Positions 50,135 to 63,690 of a DNA stretch of 64,000 bases are shown here, in pieces; position 1 is the stretch's first letter, and every line of letters begins with the position of its first letter. The notes under the pieces are model-generated. The model was not told the origin of the DNA. It saw nothing but the letters and a program-made list of their open reading frames with translations, and ran no database searches. The DNA is taken from contig NC_043001.1 in the NCBI RefSeq assembly GCF_006345805.1, forward strand, positions 101,060,001-101,124,000. Direction: 5' to 3'. The DNA is from Octopus sinensis (taxonomy: Eukaryota). The translations under genes and the position numbers were made by a program.

Positions 50135-50345
50135 GAGATGGCAGAAATGTTAGCATGCTGGGGGAAATGCTTAGCAGTATTTCATTTGTCTTTATGTTCT
50201 GAGTTCAAATTCCACCGAGGTCAACTTTGCCTTTCATCCTTTCGGGGTTGATAAATTAAGTACCAGTTGCATACTGGAGTCGATCTAATCGACTGCCCCC
50301 AACTCCTCAAAAATTTCAGGCCTTGTGCCTAGAGTAGAAAAGAAG
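50135..50345 (+). mobile_element. Family B SINE
   Basis: GATGGCAGAAATGTTAGC...GAGTTCAAATTCC...CCTAGAGTAGAAAAG. Confidence 0.85.
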
Positions 50346-50639
50346 ATCCATTTTCGCATGCTTGCATCGGCTGGATGGAATTTGCTGAGACAAACTTTCT
50401 ATAGCCAGGTGCTCTACTTGTCATGAACCTTCACCTAATTCCATATAAGGTAATATTTCCCCAGAGCCAGACATATTCTTACAGAACACAGAAAATGAAT
50501 GACACTGCTCGTGTTACTGATAAAAACTCATTTACAACTCTCATGTGATGTCAAAGCAAGGAGATAGCAATGCACATTCGTAGATATATACATGACAGGC
50601 TTCTTTTAGTTTCCATCTACAAAACCACCCACAAGGTCA

Positions 50640-51003
50640 TGCACTGTTTATCTTGATATGAGATCACCATGTCGTGCACATATGGCTGTGATGCATGTGC
50701 CTGGTGTACCCTTATCAGACGGGTAGTCATGATGGGTATACTGGGCTTCGTATATTTTACCCCAGTGTCACTTTGATGGCATGCTCTGCTCTCTCACTCA
50801 ATAATAATAATAATGATAATAACAACATCGAAAAATACTTTAGGAATGAGAACCCAGGTTTGAAATTTCCCCAAGACACCTAATGAAGGTTGGAGGGTAT
50901 ATCAGTTGAAATGTTGTGTTAACAACAAACAAGATGAGAACAAATATCTGTCAAATGTAAATAACATAAATAATGTACATAATTCCTCATCTCTTAAATA
51001 TAG
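50640..51003 (+). mobile_element. SINE-like body + (AAT)n + hammerhead-bearing module (copy 3, core mutated)
   Basis: GACAC-CTAATGA-AGGTTG..CAGTT-GAAAT-GTT-GTGTT at 50875-50920. Confidence 0.8.
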
Positions 51004-51989
51004 CACTAAGGTAAGAGACAACAACAAATTCAGTGACTAATTTAGTCTAATGTATGTATGTATGAACACAATATACATATATATATATATATATAGAGGG
51101 GGGGTAGGGAGAAGGGAGAGAGAGAGAGACGTGCGCATACACACACATATAAGTTTTATCTCCTCTTTCTGTCTACCCATTAGTAATTCTCTGTATTACC
51201 ACCACACCATTATAAATATCAAACGGATATTTTATGCTTGTTATCATTGTAGCAAATGTGATGGTGTAGTTATTAGTGGCAGAACTTAACGAAAAAAGCA
51301 GAAAATCAAACAGAATATCGTATGATAAACGAACTGATAATTAAATAAATAAATAAAGATGAGCGGAGATTTTTTTGTCATTAGGGTTTTGCTGTGTAGT
51401 TTAGTTGACATTCTGATAAAATTTTCTAGGATTTGCTTGTTGTCACCAAAATACGATCTTGATTTGAAGATTACAACGAAAATACAAAACTAAAAATATC
51501 ATAGAAAGAAAAAAAATTATAAAACAAAAAGAAAATAAATAATGAAAATAATAAACAACACCACCAACTACATAGGCACCAGCAATTACCAAAAATGTGT
51601 CGATGAAGTGTTTATATGTGTTTAATGATCTTTTAGATAATAGATATCTTAAAAGATAATATTTAAAAGCTTTTAAGATCTAAATTGATTCTTGTATTTG
51701 ATTCCATAAAATTGAAAAAGTCATAAATATTCAACTATAAAAATTTATGTTTGGAAATATATATATCTTGTTTAATTTTCTGTTTAACTGAGATCTTCCT
51801 CATGTTTGAACTGTCAGAATATAAATGCTCGGTGGCAAGTATTCTTCTCTGTTTCCACTCTGATGGTTTGATGGTAGACTTAAAAGTATCGATACATCAT
51901 TAACTTTTCTATCCAGTTTTATCCTTTGTGGTTTTTAATCAGAAAGAAGGGTCACGGCCCTAATATTTTACAGGCCCCATGAGACTGGT

Positions 51990-52490
51990 GAGGTTGATGG
52001 GGATGATACCTTAGTTAAATAGCTGCATTTTTCTATATGAAGGATTAATTCTCTGAGGAGCAGGAATAAGAGTTAGAAGGGGAAAAAGAATGGGTGAGAA
52101 GAGGAGAGGAAATGAATGTGTTTGACGAGCCCGGGTGGAGTTGGTACTCATCTAGAGAGTTCTGAGGATCAGAAGCTGTTGTAGAAGATGCCGAGTGAGG
52201 AACCAGCACAGCTGTTGGTCAGAGTTGTGAGGGTGAGTGAATCCTTCCCACCACTGGACTCAATTGATCTTTATGGAGAGTCAGCAAGTGTTCAAGGTGT
52301 TCATGGCTCTGAAGAGGAAAGCTTGGTGCTAGGACATATTTTTTCTAATTAATGAATACGAGTTCATCACTAATGACTGGTGAAAATTGATAGTTTCCTC
52401 AATAGGTTTTAATTGCATGTTGTTCATGACTAGAGGGTGTGAAATATTATGATTTGCTATTTAACTGTTTCCACAAATTAATGTATGGAT
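51990..52490 (-). mobile_element. Degenerate CR1-group LINE 3' ORF fragment
   Basis: LGIFYNSF*SSELSR*VPTPP resembles CR1-group SLFYRYY..CSSEL..VPPP. Confidence 0.55.
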
Positions 52491-52537
52491 AGAAATTTAT
52501 TACTGCCCATGACAGGAGAGAGCTACTTCACTCAAGG

Positions 52538-52634
<97 letters not shown>

Positions 52635-52832
52635 TAATTTCTTTTGAAAAACATAGATAGCATAGAAGTACTCAGATTGAACCCAAGGCACTAGACGTAT
52701 AATAGATACAATAAAAAAGGCTCAAATCAGGCAGACTACAATTCTTACTTTATCTTAATTAAACCTGTATATATATGTGTTAATCGTAGTCTGCCCGATT
52801 TTAACCTTTTCTATTGTATCTATTATATATAC

Positions 52833-52876
<44 letters not shown>

Positions 52877-52878
<2 letters not shown>

Positions 52879-53173
52879 AGGCACAATGGCCTAGTGGTTA
52901 GGGCAGTGGACTTGCAGTCGTAGAATCGCGGTTTCGATTCCCAGACCGGGCGTTGTGTGTGTTTATTGAGTGAAAACACCTAAAAGCTCCACGAGGCTCC
53001 GGCAGGGGGTGGTGATCCCTGCTGTACTCCTTCACCACTCTTTCTCTCACTCTTTCTTCAGTTAGCCTGCTCACTTAGCCTGTGGGGTGGCGTCATTCGA
53101 AGGCTAAAACAATGCGAACTCATTGTGACCAGCGATGTGTAACAACATCTGATGGTCTGGTCGGTCACGTGAT

Positions 53174-53180
<7 letters not shown>
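52877..53180 (+). mobile_element. Full-length tRNA-derived SINE ending in TCACGTGATCACGTGA
   Basis: A box TGGCCTAGTGG, B box GTTTCGATTCC; sits between (GT)n and (TA)n. Confidence 0.85.
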
Positions 53181-53230
<50 letters not shown>

Positions 53231-53235
53231 TTTAT

Positions 53236-53575
53236 TTGAAACCAAGAACTGAAGTATTCTGGATTGCAAGACAGTGTGTGAGAGAAAACTGTGATATCAC
53301 AGGAGAGAAATGTGTCTGCATGGATGATGGTGCACTTGCTTTTAATGATTCTGAAAAGAAAGAGGCTTGGAGGAGCCATTATGAAAGACTGCTGAATGTG
53401 CTGGTAGCACATAAAAAGCACCATCTGAACATGACCGATGCCAGTGCTGCCTTGACTAGCTTCCACGCCAGTGGCACGTAAAAAGCACCCACTACACTGG
53501 TTGACGGTAGGAAGGGCATCCAGGGTTAACCCATACCTGCATGGAAAACGGACGTTAAACGATGATGATGATAAT
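53236..53575 (+). mobile_element. RTE pre-RT fragment joined to an RTE 3' end
   Basis: EVFWIARQCVRENCDITGEKCVCMDDG..EAWRSHYERLLN, then GAT-tailed 3' end. Confidence 0.8.
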
Positions 53576-55352
53576 TTATTTGAAACCTTTAGTAAAGTAC
53601 TCTTCTGTCGAATGCGATCAACTTTGATATAATAGACTTGTAATTTCAATTGCATCATCTTGCTTTATATCATAACATCAGCAGTGTGCTGTACGTTCAC
53701 ACAATGGCCCTGTTCTCTTTGCTGTAAACGCCTACTAATGAGAATAATAGGATCACTGGAAGCTAGCTTTTCTTTCTTAATCTTGCACTGTTGACTTTAA
53801 ATTCTAGATTCGTAAACTTGACTGTAGGTGGCTCTGCTAGTCTTATTTTCTCTTGATTGTAAAGTAGGCACTAACACAATGTAGTTAACCAAAACATTTT
53901 ATATTAAATTTCATGACAGTAAGGAGAAAAATGATTAATTTTGGTGAAGAAAAGCAGTGAAGGCAACTCCAGAATATAAATTAAAACTAATTTAAAAATC
54001 AAATGGAATGAGAAGTAAATTTGATTTGTGATAGTACAGTGACAACTTCCAGTTTTATTAGACTTCATCAGCGAAAGTGTCCAACAGTGTTGCCAGGTCT
54101 TAGAATAAAGTAGAGAAAATTCTGGGTTTTAACAAATGAACTCTGTGTAGTGTAATAGCTCCAAAGAATAATTTGAGGGAAATATCCATGATGCCTTAGA
54201 CTGCATTAAATTCAGGTCTTCATCTGTACAACCTCTTTTGATGGGTTATGGAATTTGCTATCATTAATAATAATGTGTCTAAAAGTCTATAAAGTAGATA
54301 AAGTGTTAGTCTGAAGATTTAAGAGAATTAAGCAGTAAATGTATTGGTCTCGAGGGAAGGGTAGTGTCCATGGCATCGACAGATCTTCCAGGGATGGTGA
54401 AATCAACATGGCCGATGTCTGCCTTGCTTGTATCTGCAAGCTGACAGCTGTTGAAAAAAAATACAGGTGAGAATGGAAGGCATCAAAGAAAAATCGCTCC
54501 TTTCTGTGAGAATTGATCAGTGTGGTCAGTTGGTCAGTGAACTGATCTAGTGATCAATAGAACCAGGTCAGAAGGGGAAAATAAGTCACTGGTGATCAAT
54601 GAAAACAACGTACACATGTAGATAAACATACACGCACTCATACACGCACAAACATTCAAATGCACACACAGACATATTTTACATGCAGACATACATACAT
54701 GAGAGACACATACATGAGACACACACACGTGAGACACACATATATACACAGACACATACGTATATACACAAACAAAAAAATTAAGAAAAACATAAAGACG
54801 TACACAGACACTCACAAACAAAACACAAGATGTAAACATACAGGCACAAATAGAGGCTTGCAGGCAGATATAAACACATACACATAAACATATACATATA
54901 AAAACACATAAACAAACATGCATACACTTAAACACACACACATACACAGGAACACACACCTATAAAACACATAGACATCATTTGGTTTATATAATTCCAA
55001 CTGAAAGATTAGCAAAATTATTGATTTACAGCAATGGTATGAAATCACAAATTTGTGAAAAGAAAAAAAAACTCAATTAAATTGACTCCAATATTTGAGT
55101 GGTACTTTGTTTTATTGACACGATATTTGAACTCAGAACATCAAGGTACACAGCTTCACTAACACACAACATGGCAATTTGTTCCTCCCTTTTCTGACAG
55201 TGTTAATCGCCAACCTGAAGAATAAATATAAAATCTGTTGATTATTAATACAAGAAATACCATTTATATAGCATTATATGTTGATGTGTGTATGAGTGTG
55301 AATGTTAGAATATGTTTGTATATGGTGAGAATGCATGCATATATGTGTGTGT

Positions 55353-55403
<51 letters not shown>

Positions 55404-55759
55404 TGTGTGCACGTGTGTATATAGGTGTCTGTGTATGCGTGCAAAACGGCAAAGAGGTTACTAATGTGTATAGAGAAACTATATCACCCTAGCTTCAATA
55501 AGTCTGTGCAAATGTGTTCCTCAAAGGGTTAATTGAATCCCTGATGGGCGATGGCAATATCAAAGCATAAACATTTGAGGTTAAGTGCAGTATTTTAAGT
55601 AGAACAGGTTAAAACAGACTCTATTATGTTGACTCTATATATCAACTTGAGGTTATATAAAATTACACACAAGCAGAAATTGTCAAGTGTGTTAGACTGG
55701 ATATATAATGGAGTAAATTAAAGTGTGTTAAATTGGATATATAATGATTGAGTTCAAGA

Positions 55760-56520
55760 CATGGGATGAAGTGGTGAAGCATGATCTTTGGGCTTCACAG
55801 AGGCAATGACTAGTGATTGAGACTTTTGGTGATATGCTGCACTTGAGAAAAACCTGTCAAACCAAGTGAAATCCCAGTCGTGGCTGATGCTGGTGCCATG
55901 TAACTGACACCAGTGCTGGTGGTAGCATGTAAAAAGCACCTTTCGCACTTTGGGCCTCTTGGAGACAAAGTGGCTGCACTCCTTTCAAGTATTGGGCCTC
56001 TCGAAGGCAATGACTGAGAACTTTGGCATTATGTGATGCTGAGATGAAGTCCCATCAAGCCAAGAAAAATCAGAGTGGTGACAGATCATTGCCTCATGAA
56101 GGCAATGACCAAGACTTTTGAAGAACCTTTCGAGTGGCTGAGCTCGCGTTTCGAGTGTTGAGTATCACAGAAGCAACAAATGAGACCTTTGGCTTGAGTG
56201 TTGGGCCTCACAGAGGCAATGACCAAGACTTTTGGCATTCTGTCATACTTGAGAAGAAAACCCATTAAGCTGAGCAAAATCAGTCATGGCAGATACTGGT
56301 GTCCCACAAATAGCACCCATGCTGATGGCATGTAAAAGCACCCATTACACTATCGGAGTGATTGGCATTAGAAAAAACATTCAGCTGTAGAAACCATGCC
56401 GAATCAGACTGGAACCTGGTGCAGTGTTCCAGCCTGGCCAGCTCCAGTTAAACTGTCCAACCCATGCCAGCATGGACAATGGATGTTAAATGATGATGAC
56501 GATGGTGATGATGATGATAT
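55760..56520 (+). mobile_element. RTE-type 3' UTR with internal reiterations and (GAT)n tail
   Basis: Repeated GAGGCAATGACC..AGACTTTTGG units; ends CCAACCCATGCCAGCATGG..TTAAATGATGATG. Confidence 0.7.
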
Positions 56521-56800
56521 CAAATAATAAAGTTCAAAGGGTTAGAGAAAGAAATCCTCCCCAAGTATAACTTTTATCTTTTATTTGTTTCAGTCATAAG
56601 ACTGTGGCCATGCTGGGGCACCATCTTAAAGAATTTTATTTGAAATAAATTGACTCCAGTACTTCTTTGAAAGTTTGGTACTTATTCCACTGGTCTCTTT
56701 TGCCAAACCACTAAGTTAGAGAAAATTAAAGACATGAACACGAATTATCAAGGAGTGGTGAATTGACAAACAGATACAAATACACCCAAACGTATATATA

Positions 56801-57036
56801 CAGGGTGGACCAAAAGTCACGTGACAGTAAATTGAAAACCATTTAATTCCAAGATTAATACAAAAATTATTTTATGAGACTTCGCTAATAAATACACAAA
56901 TGTTGAAAAAAAACCCAGTGATTTTAACTCACAGCATTCAATTATTAAACGTTCATAATTTGAATGAATAATTAAAATTGAATATTATATGCTTAAGGAA
57001 TTTGGATTACTATCAGCTGACTTTTGGCCAACCCAG
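56801..57036. mobile_element. Tc1/mariner-type MITE with TA target duplication
   Basis: TA-CAGGGTGGACCAAAAGTCAC ... CTGACTTTTGGCCAACCCAG-TA. Confidence 0.8.
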
Positions 57037-57044
57037 TATAACAT

Positions 57045-57290
57045 ACAAGGGGTATTCAAAAAGTATCCAACTTTATTTTTTCCCTGCTAAAACCAATACC
57101 CTGTGGACAAAATCTTTGGGTGGAAGGTGACACCACCAACCTTCCTGCACATGTGCTAAAATATTCATGCCGGCGGACTGCGTCAGATCCCCGTTATTAT
57201 GCCTAGAGAATAGACGTGTAGTGTGCATTGGTTGCATTTTCACTTTCACCAAATGCATGAAGCAGAGATATTGCACCATAACCACCAATG
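57045..57290 (+). mobile_element. Mariner 5' end remnant
   Basis: TACAAGGGGTATTCAAAAAGT TIR-like start; KQRYC resembles the transposase N-terminal EQRxCIKF motif. Confidence 0.5.
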
Positions 57291-57784
57291 TCAACAAATA
57301 AGCATCTCTGCCATTCTGCCAGGTGATAAGAACAGCTAAGGATCTCTCAAATCTTAGTCGTCCATCTCAAAAACATAAAGTACATATTAGATAATTAGGT
57401 CTTAAATAACTTTATTGGGGTCATGATGGAAAGGCTGGACTGCCATTGGTCATAGGTCTGCATCAACAAAGCTGATTTGTGGCAAAACAACAAAATGAGA
57501 CTCACCCTACTCTCAACTCCCAAACATCTTTATTTGATTTTTGCTAAAATGAAAGTTTTTGAGTTATCTCCCTTCCACCATTTGAGATTAATTATCATTA
57601 ATTCTAATGTATTTTCTTCTGATTATGATTATAATTCCCATTCATTAAGAGCTACTTTCCTCACACACACCAGGTATAGCAGCCTGTACTTAAGTATTTA
57701 TACAGAAAAATACCTAAAGAATTTCTGAATATCTCTATGTGTGTGTGTGTCAGTGAGTGAGTGTGTGTGTGTGTGTGTATGTGT

Positions 57785-57847
<63 letters not shown>

Positions 57848-58884
57848 TGTGTGTCTGTCTGTCTGTGCATGCATGTGAGCATGTGTGTGCGTGTATGGTG
57901 ATGCCAGGATAATATTCACCAAGTACTCTCTGAAATTGGGAGATGTTGGTAACTGGATGGAGTGTGTGAGCATAGTTCTCTGAGTTATAGTTCCCTGTTC
58001 CTTCTAGGAGGGCAGTAACTACAATTAGGCACTGACTTGTATGCTGTTGTTATCATCTGCTCTAAAATCAATTCGTTGTCGTATCAGACTCGATCACATA
58101 TTGCTCTGACATCGACAAGGTATTGCACCATTATCAATTAGATATCATTCTAATTATCAATTAAGCATTGCATTAAAATCAACTGAATTTTGCATTAAAT
58201 TAATTTTCTCCAATGGCAAATGAGGAATTCTGTTTCCTTATGATAACATTCCTCTTCAAGTTGCTAAGATGGCTTTTAGAAACATTGAAAAGTTTGGCTT
58301 TGAAAGTTTTCTTCTTTCTCCTATTTTCCTGGCTTCATTCTTTTATATCAGGTGATATTATTTATTCAGGAGTCAGCTACAATTATTTAATAACAAACAC
58401 ACAATAATTTTTTTTTTTTTTCACATAATCTAAAATCCACACAATACTTTTTTTTTTATTTTTAATCTCAAAAACCACCTGATTTTTATAAACTTGACAT
58501 TAGAAAGACTTTTTTTTTTATTGATTATCAGACTGATAAGAATGGTAATGGAAGAAATATTGTTTATTTAAAGATATCAACAGAAGTTTAACTTTACTGA
58601 CATACAGAACATTATTACAGGTGATTGTAAAAAACCCATTCACTGCCACAATTCGAGAGTGCTGTACCTGTGGCCTGATTGGCTTTTCACAATTCCCTTG
58701 CAGCATTAGTTGCTTCCATTACTGCTGATTCAAGAATATAAATGTCTTGCAGCTTTGAAAACTTGCTTGCATTCCTCAACAAATGTCTCCAATGTTTATG
58801 ACATAGGAAGGACATATTCAAGGAATAAATAAAATAAATCTCTTAATAATTTGATTGTGTGTGAGTGTGTGTGTGTGTGGGGGA

Positions 58885-59015
58885 GAGACACATGGCTTAG
58901 TGGTTAGGGTATTTAGTTCAAGGTCATAAGGTTGTGAGTTTCATTTCTCTGGTTGCATTATGTCCTTGAGCAAGGCACTTTATTTCATGTTGCTCCAGTC
59001 AATTCAGCCAGCTGA
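58885..59015 (+). mobile_element. tRNA-like SINE head
   Basis: CATGGCTTAGTGGTTAGGG...CCTTGAGCAAGGCACTTTATTTCATGTTGCTCCAG. Confidence 0.7.
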
Positions 59016-59564
59016 TAGGGGTTGAATATGAGTTTTATGAGTTCAATTCATAAAACTCTTATTCAACTCCTTCAATTCCTGATATCATTTCTATTCTGTG
59101 TAAGAAAGACTTTTCTTTATATGTAAACATTTGTACATTTTTGTATTAAACGTATTTAATATTTTTTGTATATCAACTTACCAAACTTTCTTGACCTCAC
59201 ATTTATTCATGTATAAGTTCAGACCATGCTAATAGCTTAGGAGTGAAATTTAGGATTTCTCGATTCCTCGTGAATCGATTTTGATAAAACTTTTCCCACC
59301 TGGTTTGCACGCTATGGCAACACCATTGTTATGTTTTTACTATTCTGTGTAACGTCCATTCTTTTTTATTTCAGATTCTTCAGTTTTTGGGTGAACCATG
59401 CTTTAAGAGCTTTTGAATGAAAATAACCCATCTAGACATTTTTTTTCCAGAAAATGAAGGGTAATGATACATATTAAGCATACATTGAGTCTATATTTAA
59501 CAGAAAACTATAATAATATTATAACATTTATTGATATAATGAATTATTTAGCCACATGAGCATC

Positions 59565-59800
59565 ATTTCGATGAATAACTTCAAAACCCCTTTTAGTCAT
59601 GGAATCTGTCAATTCCTTAACAGTAGCAGGTTGGACTACCTCTGCTGCAGTTTTCATGGTCACCCATAAGACACCTTTCAACATAAATTGGCATCTATTG
59701 GCATAAACATCTTATTTAATGATGGACCAAAGATTTTTGAAAGGGTTGGGACCTGTGACAAATGGATGGCATCAGCATTTTGCAAAAAGCAAAGGAGACA
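59565..59800 (-). pseudogene. Tc1 transposase C-terminal remnant
   Basis: NPFKNLWSIIK*DVYAN..LWVTMKTAAEVVQPATVKELTDSMTKRGFEVI matches the SPDLNPIENLW motif region. Confidence 0.8.
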
Positions 59801-59850
59801 TATTTTCCTGGGCTTCATTGGAATATTAACTGCCACCAAATCTATATCTT

Positions 59851-59920
<70 letters not shown>

Positions 59921-60192
59921 CATTAACATATATATATATATAATATATATATATATATATTATATATATATATATATATGTATGTATATATGGTGGTTGT
60001 TTACTCCTTATGCAGATTCTGACCATCTCTTGTACTTACACCTTAGATCTATCATGGCAGCAGATGTGGCTTTTTAAACCAGACAATGTTTTGAAAAGAC
60101 ACTCACATAGATATGTGTAAATATGTATATATCGTTTTATATATATTCTTATATGTATATATATATGTATATTTTTACTTTATATATATATA

Positions 60193-60252
<60 letters not shown>

Positions 60253-60395
60253 TTTGATTTTATTTATTAGGGAATAAAAATTCCGGCATAACAGGGGTTC
60301 AAATTATTCTCAATGAGGAAATACATATTTTTTTATGAAATTAAACTAAAATTCTTTTATATGGTGGGATAAAGGGGCCTACTATCTCTAAATGA

Positions 60396-60452
<57 letters not shown>

Positions 60453-60499
60453 TACATACATACACATTTATATACACACATATATGCATACACTTTTCA

Positions 60500-61030
60500 C
60501 CTTACTCGGAACCTGTAATTAGTGAGGACCTGGCATCTATTAAGTGCACTGCAATTGGTGTAGTGTTTGTACCTAGCTGCAGCCTTGACACTCATGGTGT
60601 ATAAAGTTGGAAGCTTGCAATCCGTACATGCAGCTGTAATGTAAATCCGTCTTTACCTCGCTATGAGCTTATATGTTCCTCCAATCTTGTTTTTTACACA
60701 ATAGCAATTTCACCGGTGCTTTACTATTTAAGGGTCTGATTCACTTGAATCTGGAACTTTTACATCTATATACATATATACATATATGCACAGGTAACGG
60801 TCAGTGATAGTCTTCCTTTGTCATGAGTGGACAGCCATCAACATCCTCACGTGTGTACACATAATTACGCAGAGTTTAGGATCAAGATACCCACATAATT
60901 TGGATTTTCTCCGTTTTGACTGGGATTTTTCCACCTGGGTCATTAACAATAGTAATAACCAGGTGTTAGAATTCCTTATAAATATGTTTCATAATAAAGC
61001 ATCAGTTAAGTACAGATCAGTTATAAGGAA
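60500..61030 (-). mobile_element. Possible degenerate LINE RT thumb/C-terminal fragment
   Basis: KLCGYLDPKLC resembles KYLGITLDPKLTW. Confidence 0.35.
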
Positions 61031-62244
61031 TTGAAATGTCGAAAGAATAAGAAATTGTGTCATGAATTTCATTAGCTTACAGCAGTTTCTGCAATAAGAT
61101 GCAATATGCTTACATGTGAATGCTTGTGTATCACACTATAGCTTCATCAGAGCTTCAAAAATTGAAGTGCAAATATATATAGGAAAACAGTTACATTTAT
61201 TTATACATATACACAGAAAGCATTACCAACATTTAAAAAACAAAAAAACATTAGTATATGACAAGTTGTTATTCTTTTGTCCTTTTAATTCCTTATATAT
61301 GTCTATGTGTGAGTATATGCATGCATGTATGTGTGTATGTATGTACATACGTATATATGCATGTATGTACATATGTATGTGTGCATGTATGTATGTATGT
61401 TGAATAAGTGAAAAAATCTTTCAACTTGAATGCATTTAACAGGTTTACCTTACTCACACATACACACATACACATGTCTATTTAGATATACAAATCTTTA
61501 AGAATTTATTTTTGCGGCTCTGGCAACATTTAGCCAAAACACCAGCAATGGCCACCAATAAACACAATTGGATTCTACACAACCGTCTTCATAAACATTT
61601 ATTTCTACTTATTTTCAGAGACTCACCATTAAAACGTAACTCAATTTATAATAGTTAATTCATTTTGGAATTTATCATTGTCTTCTAATGAAAAATAAAA
61701 AAAAAACTTTAATTTAATATTTTATCTTCATTTTTATATTGTCTTGTATTTTGGCATTTTTTTTTCTATCTAGTGGTAAAAAGAAAACATAAAGAAAGAA
61801 AAAAATTGTAATAAAATATTCAGGTTAATATTTAGATGACTTTTATCTCCAATTTTCTTTTCTTTTAATTTATTTTAATGAATAAATTATTATTTGTCAG
61901 ATCATCAACAGACAATGGAACTTTTCTGGTGAAATCATATTACCACCCATTCTGCTATTCTTCATGTTACATTAAGTTAATTAGATTCTTCAAATTGGCA
62001 AAAAAAAAAAAAGATATTGAACAAGAAAACAAAGAACGAAAAATATATGAGGAGTAATCATCAGCTTTTCTTAGATTCTCCACTCACAGATTCTACGAAA
62101 TCTTGCAACAATTTAAATAGAAAAAGTTCACAAAGTAGAAAAAGTTAGAATGCAATGAGGAAGAGGAGAAAGATGAGATTTCTGACGGAGCCCTTCATCC
62201 TCAGAACACAGAGGAACCACTATCAACACTGAATGACATTTTAA

Positions 62245-62467
62245 TCCTTCAACATTCAGATTATTTGGACAAATCTAATCCTTATTTATTCACATTGTTT
62301 TGAATTGTTCATACACCATCTTATTGCTTTGAGATTACAATGGTGAGATTGTTTATTTTTAAAATGACATTGTAAGGTAGGTGTGAAAGGTCGGATCTGG
62401 CCAGTTTGAAGATAAAACAGGGAGAGTGTTTTGGCTGGGTAAGGGGGTCAGTTTAAATGTTGAAGGG
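62245..62467. mobile_element. piggyBac-like MITE
   Basis: TTAA-TCCTTCAACATT ... AATGTTGAAGGG-TCAA termini. Confidence 0.7.
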
Positions 62468-62479
62468 TCAATATAGTCT

Positions 62480-63690
62480 TTTATCTGTTGTAGAAGGAAG
62501 AGGAAGCATGAGTTACAGCTGTAGAAAGAATCAATTGATGATGAAGAAAGTGGTTGTGTAAAGAGGAGGTGAGGTGTCAGGTGTGGGGTCTGGACATGCA
62601 CCGTTGCTGCATCCACAATTTGTTGGTATATTCCTGGGTCCTTTTAGGCAACCTGTCAAACAGAGTCCCAGTCAAACATCTCCACAGGATACCTCCACAT
62701 CTGCTGTGACCATGTGGCATGTGCTCAACCAGCAAGAACCATCAGCCCAGCTGGATCTTCAGTGAAGAGAACACAGTAAGCAGGCTCTAATTTAGAAAAT
62801 CAAACAGCATGGTCAGTCTGGGCTGGCACTGTTGAATCATTACTAGTAAAAGGATGCCCCTCAGTTTCTGGGTAGAGTCATTGGGTGGATGTAAAATCCA
62901 ACCAAATTGTAACTTCTAATTCTGCAAAGTATATCACACCAAAGAAATTCAGGTGGCCCCCTAAGGGCCCCAAAGAGTCTCTGAGTCTCACAATTATAGG
63001 GCAAGACAGGAAAGACCAGAGACTGAAAGACCTAAAGCTAAAACTTTGATGGCTTTCTTCTTAAGGGGAGGCTGGGTGATAAATTTAGGGATTGGTCAAG
63101 AGCTAAGCTTAGAGTACAGAAATGAAAATTGTGTCTTGTGGTATTAAGTGTACACTGTCACACACCACTGTTGTAAAGTGTGAAATTACAAATCCCTTAA
63201 AGAGAGGAAGACCTTTGTTGATACTGATGGACTGGGTGTTTTCTCTTGTATTCACAAGTGTTGAAAGAGCTATGGTACCTAATGGCTCCACAGTTTTAGG
63301 AGTGAAGTGGTAAATTGTAATGTCCAATTTTAGGTCTAAAGATTGCTTGGGTGTTGTTTGAGATGTTAAGTGTGGCATCAAGAATCAAAGACATGGGTCA
63401 TGAGAATGAAGGAAGCTGCCAACGACTAAAATTGCTCATATTTCTTTTAAGAGAGAAAATAAGTTTGAAAGATTGGAGCAGTTTGTGGCTGGGAGGGAAG
63501 GAAGTTTATAGCCCAGTGGATAAGCCATTGAAGTAGTAATGAAGACAGGTGAAAGGTAGAAGAAAAGAGAGTTCCGGGGGAGAGATTAATAGAGCTGAGG
63601 ATCTGTCAACGATATTCATGTGATGTTGAATATTAATTCACAATAATCCTAGCATGGTCTAAACTCATTATGGTTAAAACAAACCAAAGA
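62480..63690 (-). mobile_element. Degenerate CR1-group LINE fragments
   Basis: WAINFLPSQ (RT WISxFLS-like), CGA..IQEK (C-terminal WGGA..IQRK-like), CPDPTPDTSPP..FFIIN (endonuclease start-like). Confidence 0.45.
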
